A stretch of DNA of 64,000 nucleotides, taken from the IMG/VR virus record IMGVR_UViG_3300032240_001991, positions 1 to 64,000 of that record, one strand, 5' to 3'. The translations under genes were made by a program, and so were the position numbers. Positions 48,647 to 57,098 of the stretch are shown here, in pieces. The notes beneath the pieces were generated by a model, which worked only from the letters and a program-made list of their open reading frames with translations, was not told the origin of the DNA and made no database searches. How positions within the stretch are numbered: the first letter of the stretch is position 1; every line of letters starts with the position of its first letter.

Positions 48647-49300
48647 ATGCAGATCAGTTACGGACCAATTGAATTAGGCAGACATCAGATAAGGCAAGAG
48701 ATCATAAAGGCAAAGACTGCTACTACAGCAGAATGTCGAGTTATAGATCTTGGTGCCGTAGCAGGACAAGGATGGGCCAGTGATTTAACTGATTTAGTAA
48801 TAGATATCAATGCTAATCCTTTAGACAGTCGCGCACTGGCGTTAGACATATGTGATCCTGAAACATGGGATCAGCTGTTTGATCTAGTAGAAAAGCAGGG
48901 TCTTTTTGACTATGCCATATGCACACATACCTTAGAAGATCTGTATGATCCTATAATGGCTCTGCGATATCTACCCAAAATTGCCAAAGCTGGAGCTATA
49001 TCTATGCCCAGCCTACAGACTGAGCTCTGCAGAGAAGATGATCCTAGATTTTTAGGCTACATACATCATCGTTGGCTTTTTGATCAAGAAGATGGTCAAA
49101 TGCTGTTAGCACCTAAACTTACTTGCTTAGAATCCATCATGAATCCGCCCACTAAGTATAATCCACAACATCAAGAAATACTCTATCGATGGCAGGGTTC
49201 TATTCCCTATAAGATGTTTATGAACAACTATCTAGGCCCGGATACTAATACGGTTATGAACACGTTTAGACAGTTTATCAAGGACAGGGTAACCTTTTAG
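48647..49300 (+). CDS. Methyltransferase-like protein
   Basis: VIDLGAVAG and FDYAICTHTLEDL.DP. Confidence 0.55.
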   Translation: MQISYGPIELGRHQIRQEIIKAKTATTAECRVIDLGAVAGQGWASDLTDLVIDINANPLDSRALALDICDPETWDQLFDLVEKQGLFDYAICTHTLEDLYDPIMALRYLPKIAKAGAISMPSLQTELCREDDPRFLGYIHHRWLFDQEDGQMLLAPKLTCLESIMNPPTKYNPQHQEILYRWQGSIPYKMFMNNYLGPDTNTVMNTFRQFIKDRVTF

Positions 49301-50109
49301 CTGTTTATTTTATTAAAAAATTCTTCAGTAGCCCACTTACTAAAAATAACCTGTTCAGAATTAGGTTCCCTATAAAATCTAACCATAACCTTTATATTAT
49401 GGTCAGCAAAGGTATATTCTTTGCTATTATGTAGATGATAGTGCAGCAGACACTCAGGGATTGGTGTAACATCGTTTTTTAAGTATTGATCTAGATATAA
49501 TACCAAATTTGAATAGTAGGTCATAGCAGCACCGGATCCCATAGCAAACACATCATTGATCTCTTTAAATTCACAGGGTTCTTTAGGCAGTGGCAGTATG
49601 TCAGGAAAAGAGCCTGGTACTAACGGAGGAGGGATTAACAGTGTATTTTCTAGCACAGGCACGTTTAGCTGACCTCGGATAACAGAATCAGGACGCAGGC
49701 GTATTACAAGATCAAATTGCCAACCCTGCTGATTTTCATAGCCTGTGCGCATTTGATTGACCTTATATAACGCCCAAAGCTGTTTATAAAATCTAGGTAC
49801 TAGTCCTAGAGGAACCACGCAAGATTCGTCTGATTCTGATATGATAGACGACGTTACCGTTCCGGGAAACACAGCAGACAGTCTTCTATGGGCTAGCTCA
49901 GGTGTAAGAGATCTCCAAACAGGAGCAACTGAACTTAGCCTACCCCATTTATGACCATTGTAGCTGTGATCATCGTTTTGCTCGTCCCATAGGGCAAAAA
50001 ACCAATACAACTGATCTTGAGCAAAGTGATGTTTAATATAGGCTATGAGATCGCTGGTATCTTGACAGAATCTAGGTTGTCCAGAAATCATCAATGCTAT
50101 GCGTGCCAT
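49297..50109 (-). CDS. Putative glycosyltransferase-like protein
   Basis: IALMISGQPRF, FDLVIRLRPD, INDVFAMG and PECLL. Confidence 0.55.
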   Translation of the reverse strand: MARIALMISGQPRFCQDTSDLIAYIKHHFAQDQLYWFFALWDEQNDDHSYNGHKWGRLSSVAPVWRSLTPELAHRRLSAVFPGTVTSSIISESDESCVVPLGLVPRFYKQLWALYKVNQMRTGYENQQGWQFDLVIRLRPDSVIRGQLNVPVLENTLLIPPPLVPGSFPDILPLPKEPCEFKEINDVFAMGSGAAMTYYSNLVLYLDQYLKNDVTPIPECLLHYHLHNSKEYTFADHNIKVMVRFYREPNSEQVIFSKWATEEFFNKINS

Positions 50110-50139
50110 ACTTGACCTTTATAGCTATTATTATTACTA

Positions 50140-50400
50140 TTACTTACTGTCTGATTGAAAAATGTACCACAGCTTGTTGATGTCACGACCCATATAGTGA
50201 TCTTGACCATAGAGTTCAAAGGCCCGTTTGATCGTTAACACTTGATCTCGTTCACCAGCTTTGGCCTCTGCTTCTTCCTGAGAATACAGCATGGGCTCCA
50301 GTGCAAACCCTCCACGTATGATCACATGATCTCTAATAGGTCTTGGAGCAAACTGCTTACGCCTTGCTTCTGTAGTTTTTGCAAATTCATGTAGACGCAT
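50140..50400 (-). CDS. Small late hypothetical protein
   Basis: MRLHEF N-terminus; ATAAATA upstream on the minus strand. Confidence 0.55.
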   Translation of the reverse strand: MRLHEFAKTTEARRKQFAPRPIRDHVIIRGGFALEPMLYSQEEAEAKAGERDQVLTIKRAFELYGQDHYMGRDINKLWYIFQSDSK

Positions 50401-50658
50401 ATAACAGTTATTTATTGGCGCAGGGCGGAACCCTAGTTCTAAGCGCGAAGCGCGAAGCGGTTTTTAAAAATTTTTTTAGCAGTTATCTACGCTGATAACT
50501 TGGCGTCCACCAAGTGATTAAGTCTATGAAATATGTAGTTGATCAAGCGTATGCCAAAGAACGTAGCTAGAACAGTGATAGACAATTATTTAAGAAAAAT
50601 CTTGCGATCTTTTACTGGTGAGTTTACTATAAATAACTTTCTAAGCGAGCACACAAAC

Positions 50659-50994
50659 ATGACTGACTTAAGAAAACTAGTAAAGCTAATAGAATCCATT
50701 GAATCCAATCTAGGCCAAGAAGACATAGATCTAATTAAGCAGGCTATGGAATATCAACTGGCGCATCCACGCAAAGCTGTGGTAAGTGGTGAAATGGCAT
50801 TTGTATCCAATCGTCTTAACAGTGAATATAATAGACCAGACTTGGGCATGCTGGCATGGCAATGGGCTTGTAACACGCACAGTGGACGAGTATTAGACGA
50901 CTACCCTGAGCTAGTAGCACTTAAAGACAAACTACGCGATATTGATCAGGAAAGCCAAAAAAACTTTCCTGACTGGGGCACTTCTGGTACCTAA
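50659..50994 (+). CDS. Small late hypothetical protein
   Basis: TATAAATA at 50628-35; start MTDLRKLVKLIE. Confidence 0.55.
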   Translation: MTDLRKLVKLIESIESNLGQEDIDLIKQAMEYQLAHPRKAVVSGEMAFVSNRLNSEYNRPDLGMLAWQWACNTHSGRVLDDYPELVALKDKLRDIDQESQKNFPDWGTSGT

Positions 50995-51012
50995 GCATTT
51001 AGACGATTAAAC

Positions 51013-51057
51013 CAAGGCCGGTCTATACTAGCCCAAAATTTTGCTGCAAAAAAATTT
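51013..51057 (+). repeat. Direct repeat copy 1 (flanks the flavodoxin-like gene)
   Basis: CAAGGCCGGTCTATACTAGCCCAAAATTTTGCTGCAAAAAAA. Confidence 0.8.
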
Positions 51058-51101
51058 TTAAACCCCAGAATCTAGATTGGTGAGAAATAAATAACAGCTA
51101 T

Positions 51102-51674
51102 ATGCGTGCATTAATAGTAGAAGCTAGTCTTAAACCTTTAGATCAAGAGAGTAATACTCGTGCGGTATGCCGTGTTGCTCAACAGAGTTTGAAAGGATTA
51201 GGTGTTGATACTTTGGTACAACATTTAAAAGGTATGCAGTATGATTTTTCTACAGAAATAGTAAATGATCAAGGTCAAGCCGATGATATGACTCAACTGT
51301 TAAAAACAGTACTAGACGCTGACATACTGGTTATAGCAACACCCATATGGTGGGGTATACACAGCAGTCTAGCACAGAGCTTTATTGAGCGTATGGACAA
51401 GTTTGATGACTGGTCTCAAAAAAAGAATACCAATGTCATGGGCCTTAAAACACTGGGCACTATAGTTAGTGGTAGCGGTGATGGATTCCAACACATACAC
51501 GGCCTACACTCAGCATTTGCCAGCTATCTGGGATTCACTGTACCACCCAAAAGCATGCTGGAGTGTAACACGCAGGGCTATAAAAAAATACTGCAAGATC
51601 GCGAACTAAAAACACAAGCATCTAAATGGGCAGAGAATCTAGTACGCTGCTCCCGTCAACTACAACAACGTTAA
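51102..51674 (+). CDS. NADPH-dependent FMN reductase / WrbA-like flavodoxin
   Basis: ASLK....SNT, ADILVIATPIWWG and FIERMD. Confidence 0.8.
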   Translation: MRALIVEASLKPLDQESNTRAVCRVAQQSLKGLGVDTLVQHLKGMQYDFSTEIVNDQGQADDMTQLLKTVLDADILVIATPIWWGIHSSLAQSFIERMDKFDDWSQKKNTNVMGLKTLGTIVSGSGDGFQHIHGLHSAFASYLGFTVPPKSMLECNTQGYKKILQDRELKTQASKWAENLVRCSRQLQQR

Positions 51675-51675
51675 G

Positions 51676-51720
51676 CAAGGCCGGTCTATAGTAGCCTAAA
51701 AATCTGCGCTGCAAAAAAAA
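51676..51720 (+). repeat. Direct repeat copy 2
   Basis: CAAGGCCGGTCTATAGTAGCCTAAAAATCTGCGCTGCAAAAAAA. Confidence 0.8.
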
Positions 51721-51981
51721 TAGAGAGTGGAGAACCGTACCCCTGGTGATTTTACTACCTTGGTTTTAAAAAACGGCTGCTGCTGCTTAAGTTGCTAATC
51801 TGCGCTAACGCAAGCCTTTTCCTCGGGGTCCACCAGACCCCACCTCAACCAGGGAGACCACCAGACCCCACTATTTCAGCTTTAGCAGAATTTTTGAATT
51901 TTTTTGGTTGACAGAGGAGATGAGAGGGCGCACACGCCCCTCTCAAGCGTGTGCGCTCTGCAGTCTATAAGCAGTGTAGTG

Positions 51982-52215
51982 TTAGGCTGCGTGCTCTATA
52001 GCGGGCAGCGGAAACTCCTTACGCTGATAGTACTCTACCAGCTGCCGCATGATAACAGCGATCTGCTCGCCTTCTTCGCTAACAGTGAAGCGCACGGGAC
52101 TGTGGCGCCAGCTGTTGGTACGCATGAACTCTGTAAACAATCGACGGTGGCGGTTGTTGTTGACATCAAAGTGTGTGATGGGACGCACGGTGCGTGCTGT
52201 AGCAATGTTACGCAT
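51982..52215 (-). CDS. Small early hypothetical protein (paralog of 61612..61821)
   Basis: RP...FD..N..HRR.FT.FMRT..W.H.PVRF shared; own promoter. Confidence 0.65.
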   Translation of the reverse strand: MRNIATARTVRPITHFDVNNNRHRRLFTEFMRTNSWRHSPVRFTVSEEGEQIAVIMRQLVEYYQRKEFPLPAIEHAA

Positions 52216-52250
52216 AGTAGTTGTCCTGGGTTGTTATGTTAACGACTACA

Positions 52251-52279
52251 GTTATACAGTCTAGCCGCTGAGTCCGCAA
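52251..52279 (-). promoter_or_regulatory. sigma70-like early promoter
   Basis: TTGCGG-17-TATAAC. Confidence 0.55.
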
Positions 52280-52435
52280 TGGGTTTATGGGGTGGGCCCC
52301 ATAAAAAAATAACGGTTGCAGACCTGCTGATGAGATGCTAGCGGTGCCCCAGACGCCTACGGGAGGACGCGGGCTTAACACCGTGCGGGCAGGGTTGCAA
52401 GCAATATTTTTTTACGCAAGTGTAAAAAAATATAG

Positions 52436-52464
52436 TTGCACAAGCACTAGCATGGCGCTACTAT
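52436..52464 (+). promoter_or_regulatory. sigma70-like early promoter
   Basis: TTGCAC-17-TACTAT. Confidence 0.55.
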
Positions 52465-52505
52465 TAACGGGCTGCAATGTAGCAGCGCACTAGTAGTACA
52501 AGCAT

Positions 52506-52820
52506 ATGCAAACACAAGCACAAACAACAACAGCCACTGCGCCGCGCGTAAAGCGCAAGTATACAAAGCGTAGCCTGCGCATTGTTACCGCTAACGACGC
52601 CAACACTGCAACCGCTACTGCAAAGCGCAACAGCGCACTGCACACGCAGCGTATGTTAAACTTTGCTACTGCGCAAAGCGCACAGCAAATTAACAAAGCA
52701 CTGTATACAAGCAAAGTACGCTACCTGCAGGCCTGCATTGCGCACAACACAGCAATGCAGCAGTTGCAAGCGCAAATTACTGCGCACTTGCTAAACGTAG
52801 CAGCGCACATACAGTACTAA
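52506..52820 (+). CDS. Small basic early protein (no Glu, one Asp)
   Basis: 104-aa ORF between a promoter and a terminator hairpin. Confidence 0.55.
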   Translation: MQTQAQTTTATAPRVKRKYTKRSLRIVTANDANTATATAKRNSALHTQRMLNFATAQSAQQINKALYTSKVRYLQACIAHNTAMQQLQAQITAHLLNVAAHIQY

Positions 52821-52837
52821 CTGCTACTGCACTGCAC

Positions 52838-52873
52838 AAAACGCACACGCTATGCAAGTAGCGTGTGCGTTTT
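52838..52873. terminator. Perfect 15-bp hairpin, probable bidirectional terminator
   Basis: AAAACGCACACGCTA-tgcaag-TAGCGTGTGCGTTTT. Confidence 0.7.
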
Positions 52874-53455
52874 CGCGTCTGCCCGCTGCACACACTGCAA
52901 AACAACAACTTACGCGCTGGCTAGCTCTGGGGCGCGCTGATCTACTGTATATATGCACAGTAGCAAAACTTTGCAGTCGTTGGGCCTGGGGCACTGCTAA
53001 ACAAGTTTGTGCTGTGGTGAGCGGGCTGAGTGCACTCTGCTGGGGCATCAGCAATCCCATGAATACTGCAGATATCTGTACAACAATACAGTGTGTTTGC
53101 GTGCCTAAGCACAGTAATAGCCGCCCTAAATTAAAAATTTAAGCAGCAGTTTCTTTGTCGTAGTTGTGGGGCAGGATCGTAGGTCTAGTTACTACAAAGT
53201 AAGAGATCTTACCCGGTGGTCGTGGGGACATTAGAGGCCAAACGCGCAAAATTTTTTTACAGATCAGTAAATGCAGAGCTCTCGGTCATGGGGCGTGCAG
53301 ACCCCACTGATCGCTGGAATTAGGCCTAAGAGAGGGCGGTCTGCGGACCCCAGGCAGCAGAAAGCATGAGCAGAGGTTACCCCATAGTACCCAAAATACC
53401 AGCGAGAGATACCCCATGTTGCACAAAAAATCCAGCAAAATATCCCAGAAAACAG

Positions 53456-53483
53456 TTGCGTGCAGCAGCAAAGAGTGTATAGT
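53456..53483 (+). promoter_or_regulatory. sigma70-like early promoter
   Basis: TTGCGT-16-TATAGT with TG immediately upstream of the -10 hexamer. Confidence 0.55.
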
Positions 53484-53524
53484 AACTGGGCTGCAACGTA
53501 GCAGCGACACTAGCAGTAGTAAAA

Positions 53525-54082
53525 ATGCAACAAAACGACGTAGCGCAACAAGTAGCGCAGTTGTTGGCTAACACAAGCGTGACCTTTGCTTGTGTGGCCT
53601 ACAGCACCCCGGTTAAACTAGCGGCTAAAAACAAGCACTTAACTGTGCAGAAGCACACTGTGGCAAACGTGCAACTGTTTGCTAACATTAACGCAGCAAC
53701 CAGCGTGTACGCTAATGCAGTTAAGCGTAGTGCAGCCACACACACCACAAACAGCCCCGCAGCAGTCGCAGAGTTCGCTGCGCAGAGTAACTACTACGAG
53801 CACACTGACTGCTACAGCATTGTGCAGCATAAAAACAACAGTAACCTGTACTTGTACTGCATTTATAACCGCGCACGCAGCAGTTACACCATTGACGGCG
53901 CCCCGGCTAGCCGACAAGATGTAGCAGCCCTGCTAACACCCAGCGCAGCAGAGCAGTTGTTGCATAGCAACAACGTAGTGCATAATGCCGCGCATAACAT
54001 TACGCATAGCGTAATCGTGCGTACTATTGCACTTAGCAACATCAAGCAAATCCGTGCTCGCCGGCAGCAACTGACTTTTTAG
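53525..54082 (+). CDS. Early hypothetical protein
   Basis: 185-aa ORF with an upstream promoter and a downstream hairpin (54109-54137). Confidence 0.65.
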   Translation: MQQNDVAQQVAQLLANTSVTFACVAYSTPVKLAAKNKHLTVQKHTVANVQLFANINAATSVYANAVKRSAATHTTNSPAAVAEFAAQSNYYEHTDCYSIVQHKNNSNLYLYCIYNRARSSYTIDGAPASRQDVAALLTPSAAEQLLHSNNVVHNAAHNITHSVIVRTIALSNIKQIRARRQQLTF

Positions 54083-54217
54083 CAAAAAGCAGCAGCAGCT
54101 GGCGTTAGTAGTAGCGGGGCATCGCGTCCCGCTACTAGTGCTGAGTGCAGGAAACTTCGCCCAGCAAGGGTTCGTTGGGCTGGTGGGGTTTGCCCCAGAC
54201 TTCTCAGAAACCCAACG

Positions 54218-54246
54218 TTGACTACTGGTACTTTTTGCTATACACT
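54218..54246 (+). promoter_or_regulatory. sigma70-like early promoter
   Basis: TTGACT-17-TACACT. Confidence 0.6.
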
Positions 54247-54275
54247 AAACACATACAAGGACATAGGAGCCCACA

Positions 54276-54506
54276 GTGATTGCAACTATTGTGTATGCGC
54301 GTAATCCGCGCCAGCCTAATCCAATCGAAGGCTTTACCTCGTTCGCTCCCTCTGCTGCACACGCACAACGCCGCTTGCAGCAGTTGCAGCGCGACATTGC
54401 TTCCGGGCAGTGGCGTACTTGGACGGGTGAATCCCGGCGGCACTTCGTGGCTCGCGCACAGCGCAACGGCTGGGCGATTGAAGTCAAACAGGCTGTTATT
54501 GTCTAA
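54276..54506 (+). CDS. Small hypothetical protein
   Basis: AGGAG SD + GTG start. Confidence 0.55.
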   Translation: MIATIVYARNPRQPNPIEGFTSFAPSAAHAQRRLQQLQRDIASGQWRTWTGESRRHFVARAQRNGWAIEVKQAVIV

Positions 54507-54519
54507 CAAGGAACTGAAC

Positions 54520-54651
54520 ATGATCCGCAGCATACTAGATCAGTTTGCCAGCATCCCGCGTGATGAATGGCTGCACTTGGCGTCTTTGTTGTTCTTGTCG
54601 TTTGCAATTTCTGCTCTGCTTTACTTTGCACTGATGCTGTTGCTAAACTAA
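54520..54651 (+). CDS. Small membrane protein
   Basis: AAGGA SD; hydrophobic C-terminal helix. Confidence 0.5.
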   Translation: MIRSILDQFASIPRDEWLHLASLLFLSFAISALLYFALMLLLN

Positions 54652-54992
54652 CCCAAGTTTACACAAAGTTTTAAGCTGGCGCGCTCCGTAGCAGTATGGG
54701 GCGCGCGGCCTCACCTCTCCTGGCTCAAAAAATCTGTCTCTCTCAAAATGTAAACACTTACTGGTTCAAGGGGTATACCCCACAACCTAAGGTGGACCTA
54801 GTGCACAGTTTTTGTTTGTTAGTTCTAGTACGCACAACTTAGCAGTTGCCTAAACAACAAACTGTTAGCACACGCGATCTTCCAGTGATAGCGGGGTATG
54901 TGTGCCCCTATAGGCAGCTTGAAGAACGGCAACGGGCTTAAAAATTGTTATAGCAACGCTCACCGCACGCACACGTTAGCTCGGGAAACCAT

Positions 54993-55021
54993 TTGACCAC
55001 TATTCGTTGGCGTGTTATAAC
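54993..55021 (+). promoter_or_regulatory. sigma70-like promoter of csrA
   Basis: TTGACC-17-TATAAC. Confidence 0.6.
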
Positions 55022-55056
55022 ATAACTGCGTTTAACTTAAACAAGGAAGTCTGCAT

Positions 55057-55248
55057 ATGCTAGTGCTCACACGGCGCCCCGAGGAAGGCATCTGGCTGGG
55101 AGAAGACATCTGCATACGAATTGTTGCTATCAAAGGCAACCAAGTCCGTATTGCTATCGACGCCCCTAGTACAGTAAAGATACTGCGTACAGAACTATTA
55201 GACTTGACAGAAACTGTACAAAAACAGTTGACACACAAACACTACTAA
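55057..55248 (+). CDS. csrA: Carbon storage regulator CsrA/RsmA RNA-binding protein
   Basis: MLVLTRRPEEGI...I.IRIVAIKGNQVRIAIDAP.TVKILR.EL matches the CsrA consensus; AAGGA SD. Confidence 0.92.
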   Translation: MLVLTRRPEEGIWLGEDICIRIVAIKGNQVRIAIDAPSTVKILRTELLDLTETVQKQLTHKHY

Positions 55249-55256
55249 GGTACTAT
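55228..55256 (+). promoter_or_regulatory. sigma70-like early promoter
   Basis: TTGACA-17-TACTAT. Confidence 0.65.
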
Positions 55257-55262
55257 TAGCAC

Positions 55263-55418
55263 ATGAACACTGAACACGACGACGAAGAGCTTGACTACTA
55301 CAAGCGCAAAGTTGCTAAAGCGGATGCTACCCTGGATCTGCTGATTGACTGCTTGGGCATTGGCCTAACGCTGTTCGTTGCATACCAACTGTTTCAACTG
55401 GTTCGCGCTTGGCTATGA
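55263..55418 (+). CDS. Small membrane protein
   Basis: MNTEHDDEELDYY...LGIGLTLFVAYQLF; 51 aa, read manually. Confidence 0.5.
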   Translation: MNTEHDDEELDYYKRKVAKADATLDLLIDCLGIGLTLFVAYQLFQLVRAWL

Positions 55419-55627
55419 TCGACATCAACTTTGACCAATTACTGAAGTTAGCCTCGCGCTCCGGTAACAGCATGGTATCCCGCACAGAATGCTTTGGCTG
55501 CGGCAGCAAGCAACGCTTGACACTGACCAGTGATGCGGGTTATCGTCTGTGCCAGAGCTGCCAGGTTGAAGACCCGGAGCTGGCTGACAGTTTCCGTCCC
55601 GAACCTGACTTCTTCGAATACCGCTAG
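55415..55627 (+). CDS. Small zinc-ribbon protein
   Basis: CFGC...CQSC; ATGA overlap. Confidence 0.55.
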   Translation: MIDINFDQLLKLASRSGNSMVSRTECFGCGSKQRLTLTSDAGYRLCQSCQVEDPELADSFRPEPDFFEYR

Positions 55628-56037
55628 CACCACTTCCTCACCTCCTTCCTTCTTTTTCTGGTGCTAGTGCTTTGCGGGCTGCTTAGTAGCCCGCTTTTTT
55701 TTGACCGCAAATTCTGATCGCCATAGAAAGGACGTGGATCCATTCCTGATAAGAATCCATGTTCATGGCTAGCGGGGTATCCTAAGTTCTTACACCTTAG
55801 ATCAAAAAATCTAATCATCTTGTTGTTGGTGTGTAAATTTTAAGTCCGCTAAGTCTTTGATTTATAAGAGGCTGACCCCACAGAATACAGTTTGAATTGC
55901 CAAAGATCGGATAAGATCAGATAAGATATCTGCAGCGAACCTGGGGTAAAGAACGATCCTCTTAGACCCTCTCAAACAAATATGGTAAGTATGTAGATGC
56001 TCTCTTGGGGTTATTGGGCAGCATCTACATTAACTTT

Positions 56038-56065
56038 TTGTAATGTTTAAGCGTTATGTTATAAT
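56038..56065 (+). promoter_or_regulatory. Strong sigma70-like promoter with no downstream ORF
   Basis: TTGTAA-16-TATAAT with extended TG. Confidence 0.55.
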
Positions 56066-56069
56066 TTGC

Positions 56070-56225
56070 AAAATAACAACAACACACGACGCCGTACGAC
56101 TTACGTGGTGAGCTAGAGTTTGCCGGGGTCCGCAACCCTACGTAGCAAGCGCATTTTTAGTACGCATTAGTAGTTACACACGCACATAGCGGACTCCTGT
56201 ACCGATGGGGTTATTGGTACTGTTG
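56070..56225 (+). ncRNA. Candidate structured non-coding RNA
   Basis: Helix GGGGTCCGC (56125-33)/GCGGACTCC (56189-97) and hairpin 56199-56220; no ORF. Confidence 0.3.
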
Positions 56226-56669
56226 TGCATTAAGTTTTTTTAATGTTGTGCGCTGTAAGAAACCCCAAGATAGCCTCTTGCGTACTGCTGTGCAGTTGTG
56301 CTATAAATTAACTTAATGCAGCGCAACTTAACTTAACGTAGCAACATAATATGTTGCAACGCACAAAGACAAGTGCTGTAGCGATGGGAGGAAAAAAACA
56401 GCGACGGGACTGAACAGCCCCTCACCGGCGGCGGTTCTGTAGAGACAGGCGCCTTCGTGGCGCGAGATCTGGCTAGGGCCAGTAGTCCTGACCCCGCCCT
56501 GCGCAGCTAGAAGCCTATCAACGATTTCTCAAGGACCAAGAACCCGGATGTTTCCATTGCAGTCAACGCTACAACAGAGATAACAATAAAGACTGCGATC
56601 TTAGATACAAAGGCAGTAAAGCGTACCATGTGCGTGTGTCCCGTTGGGTAGAGCTTGCGAATTCTTGCG

Positions 56670-56870
56670 TTAGCGGACTTTGTGAATCCAGCAGACTTGA
56701 TTGTTGTGATCGGCAGCAAAGATCACTTCGCGGCGGCGAGCAACACCCAAGTGCTGATTGGGAGCAATCTCTTCCCAAAGGTGCTGAAGAAGAGTAGCAC
56801 GGTAAATGGCATAGCGAGCGAAGTTGCGGTCGTAGTAGCCCATTCGTTCACGGCGGATGTGAAGTTCCAT
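56670..56870 (-). CDS. Small hypothetical protein
   Basis: AAGGA SD; promoter TTGCAA-17-TATATT at 56929-56957. Confidence 0.55.
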   Translation of the reverse strand: MELHIRRERMGYYDRNFARYAIYRATLLQHLWEEIAPNQHLGVARRREVIFAADHNNQVCWIHKVR

Positions 56871-57098
56871 AGTCGGTAGTTCCTTGTAGAAGTTTTAGGT
56901 GGAATCTATTGCGTCTCTCAACAAGCGCAATATATGACTATTTAACTTAAGTTGCAAGTTTTCTCTTGTTAAGACTAAGAATCTCTAGCTTGGCCGTGGG
57001 GTAGAAATCCTAGATAGAAATTCCTTCTAGGGTATTCTAGCAAGCAGCGGGGTATTTGCAGGTCCTGGGTGGATCCCAGGACCCGCTAGGGTTTCTGT

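Noticed and set aside
4139-50994. ORF-track 5' extensions (e.g. 5452, 5993, 11087, 11591, 25337, 33864, 43795, 46183, 46734, 50539)
   Set aside because: Downstream starts fit stop/start overlaps, late promoters or family N-termini better, so the starts were moved
51102-51122. MRALIVE as a capsid-targeting leader
   Set aside because: It corresponds to the normal first beta strand of flavodoxin-like proteins
52327-52334. CTGATGAG hammerhead-ribozyme core
   Set aside because: No stem II followed by GAAA and no matching stem I/III could be found nearby
52824-53574. Track ORFs 52824..53060, 52852..53142, 53286..53510 and 53377..53574
   Set aside because: No SD or promoter support, overlap with hairpins or promoters, and implausible composition; treated as probably non-coding
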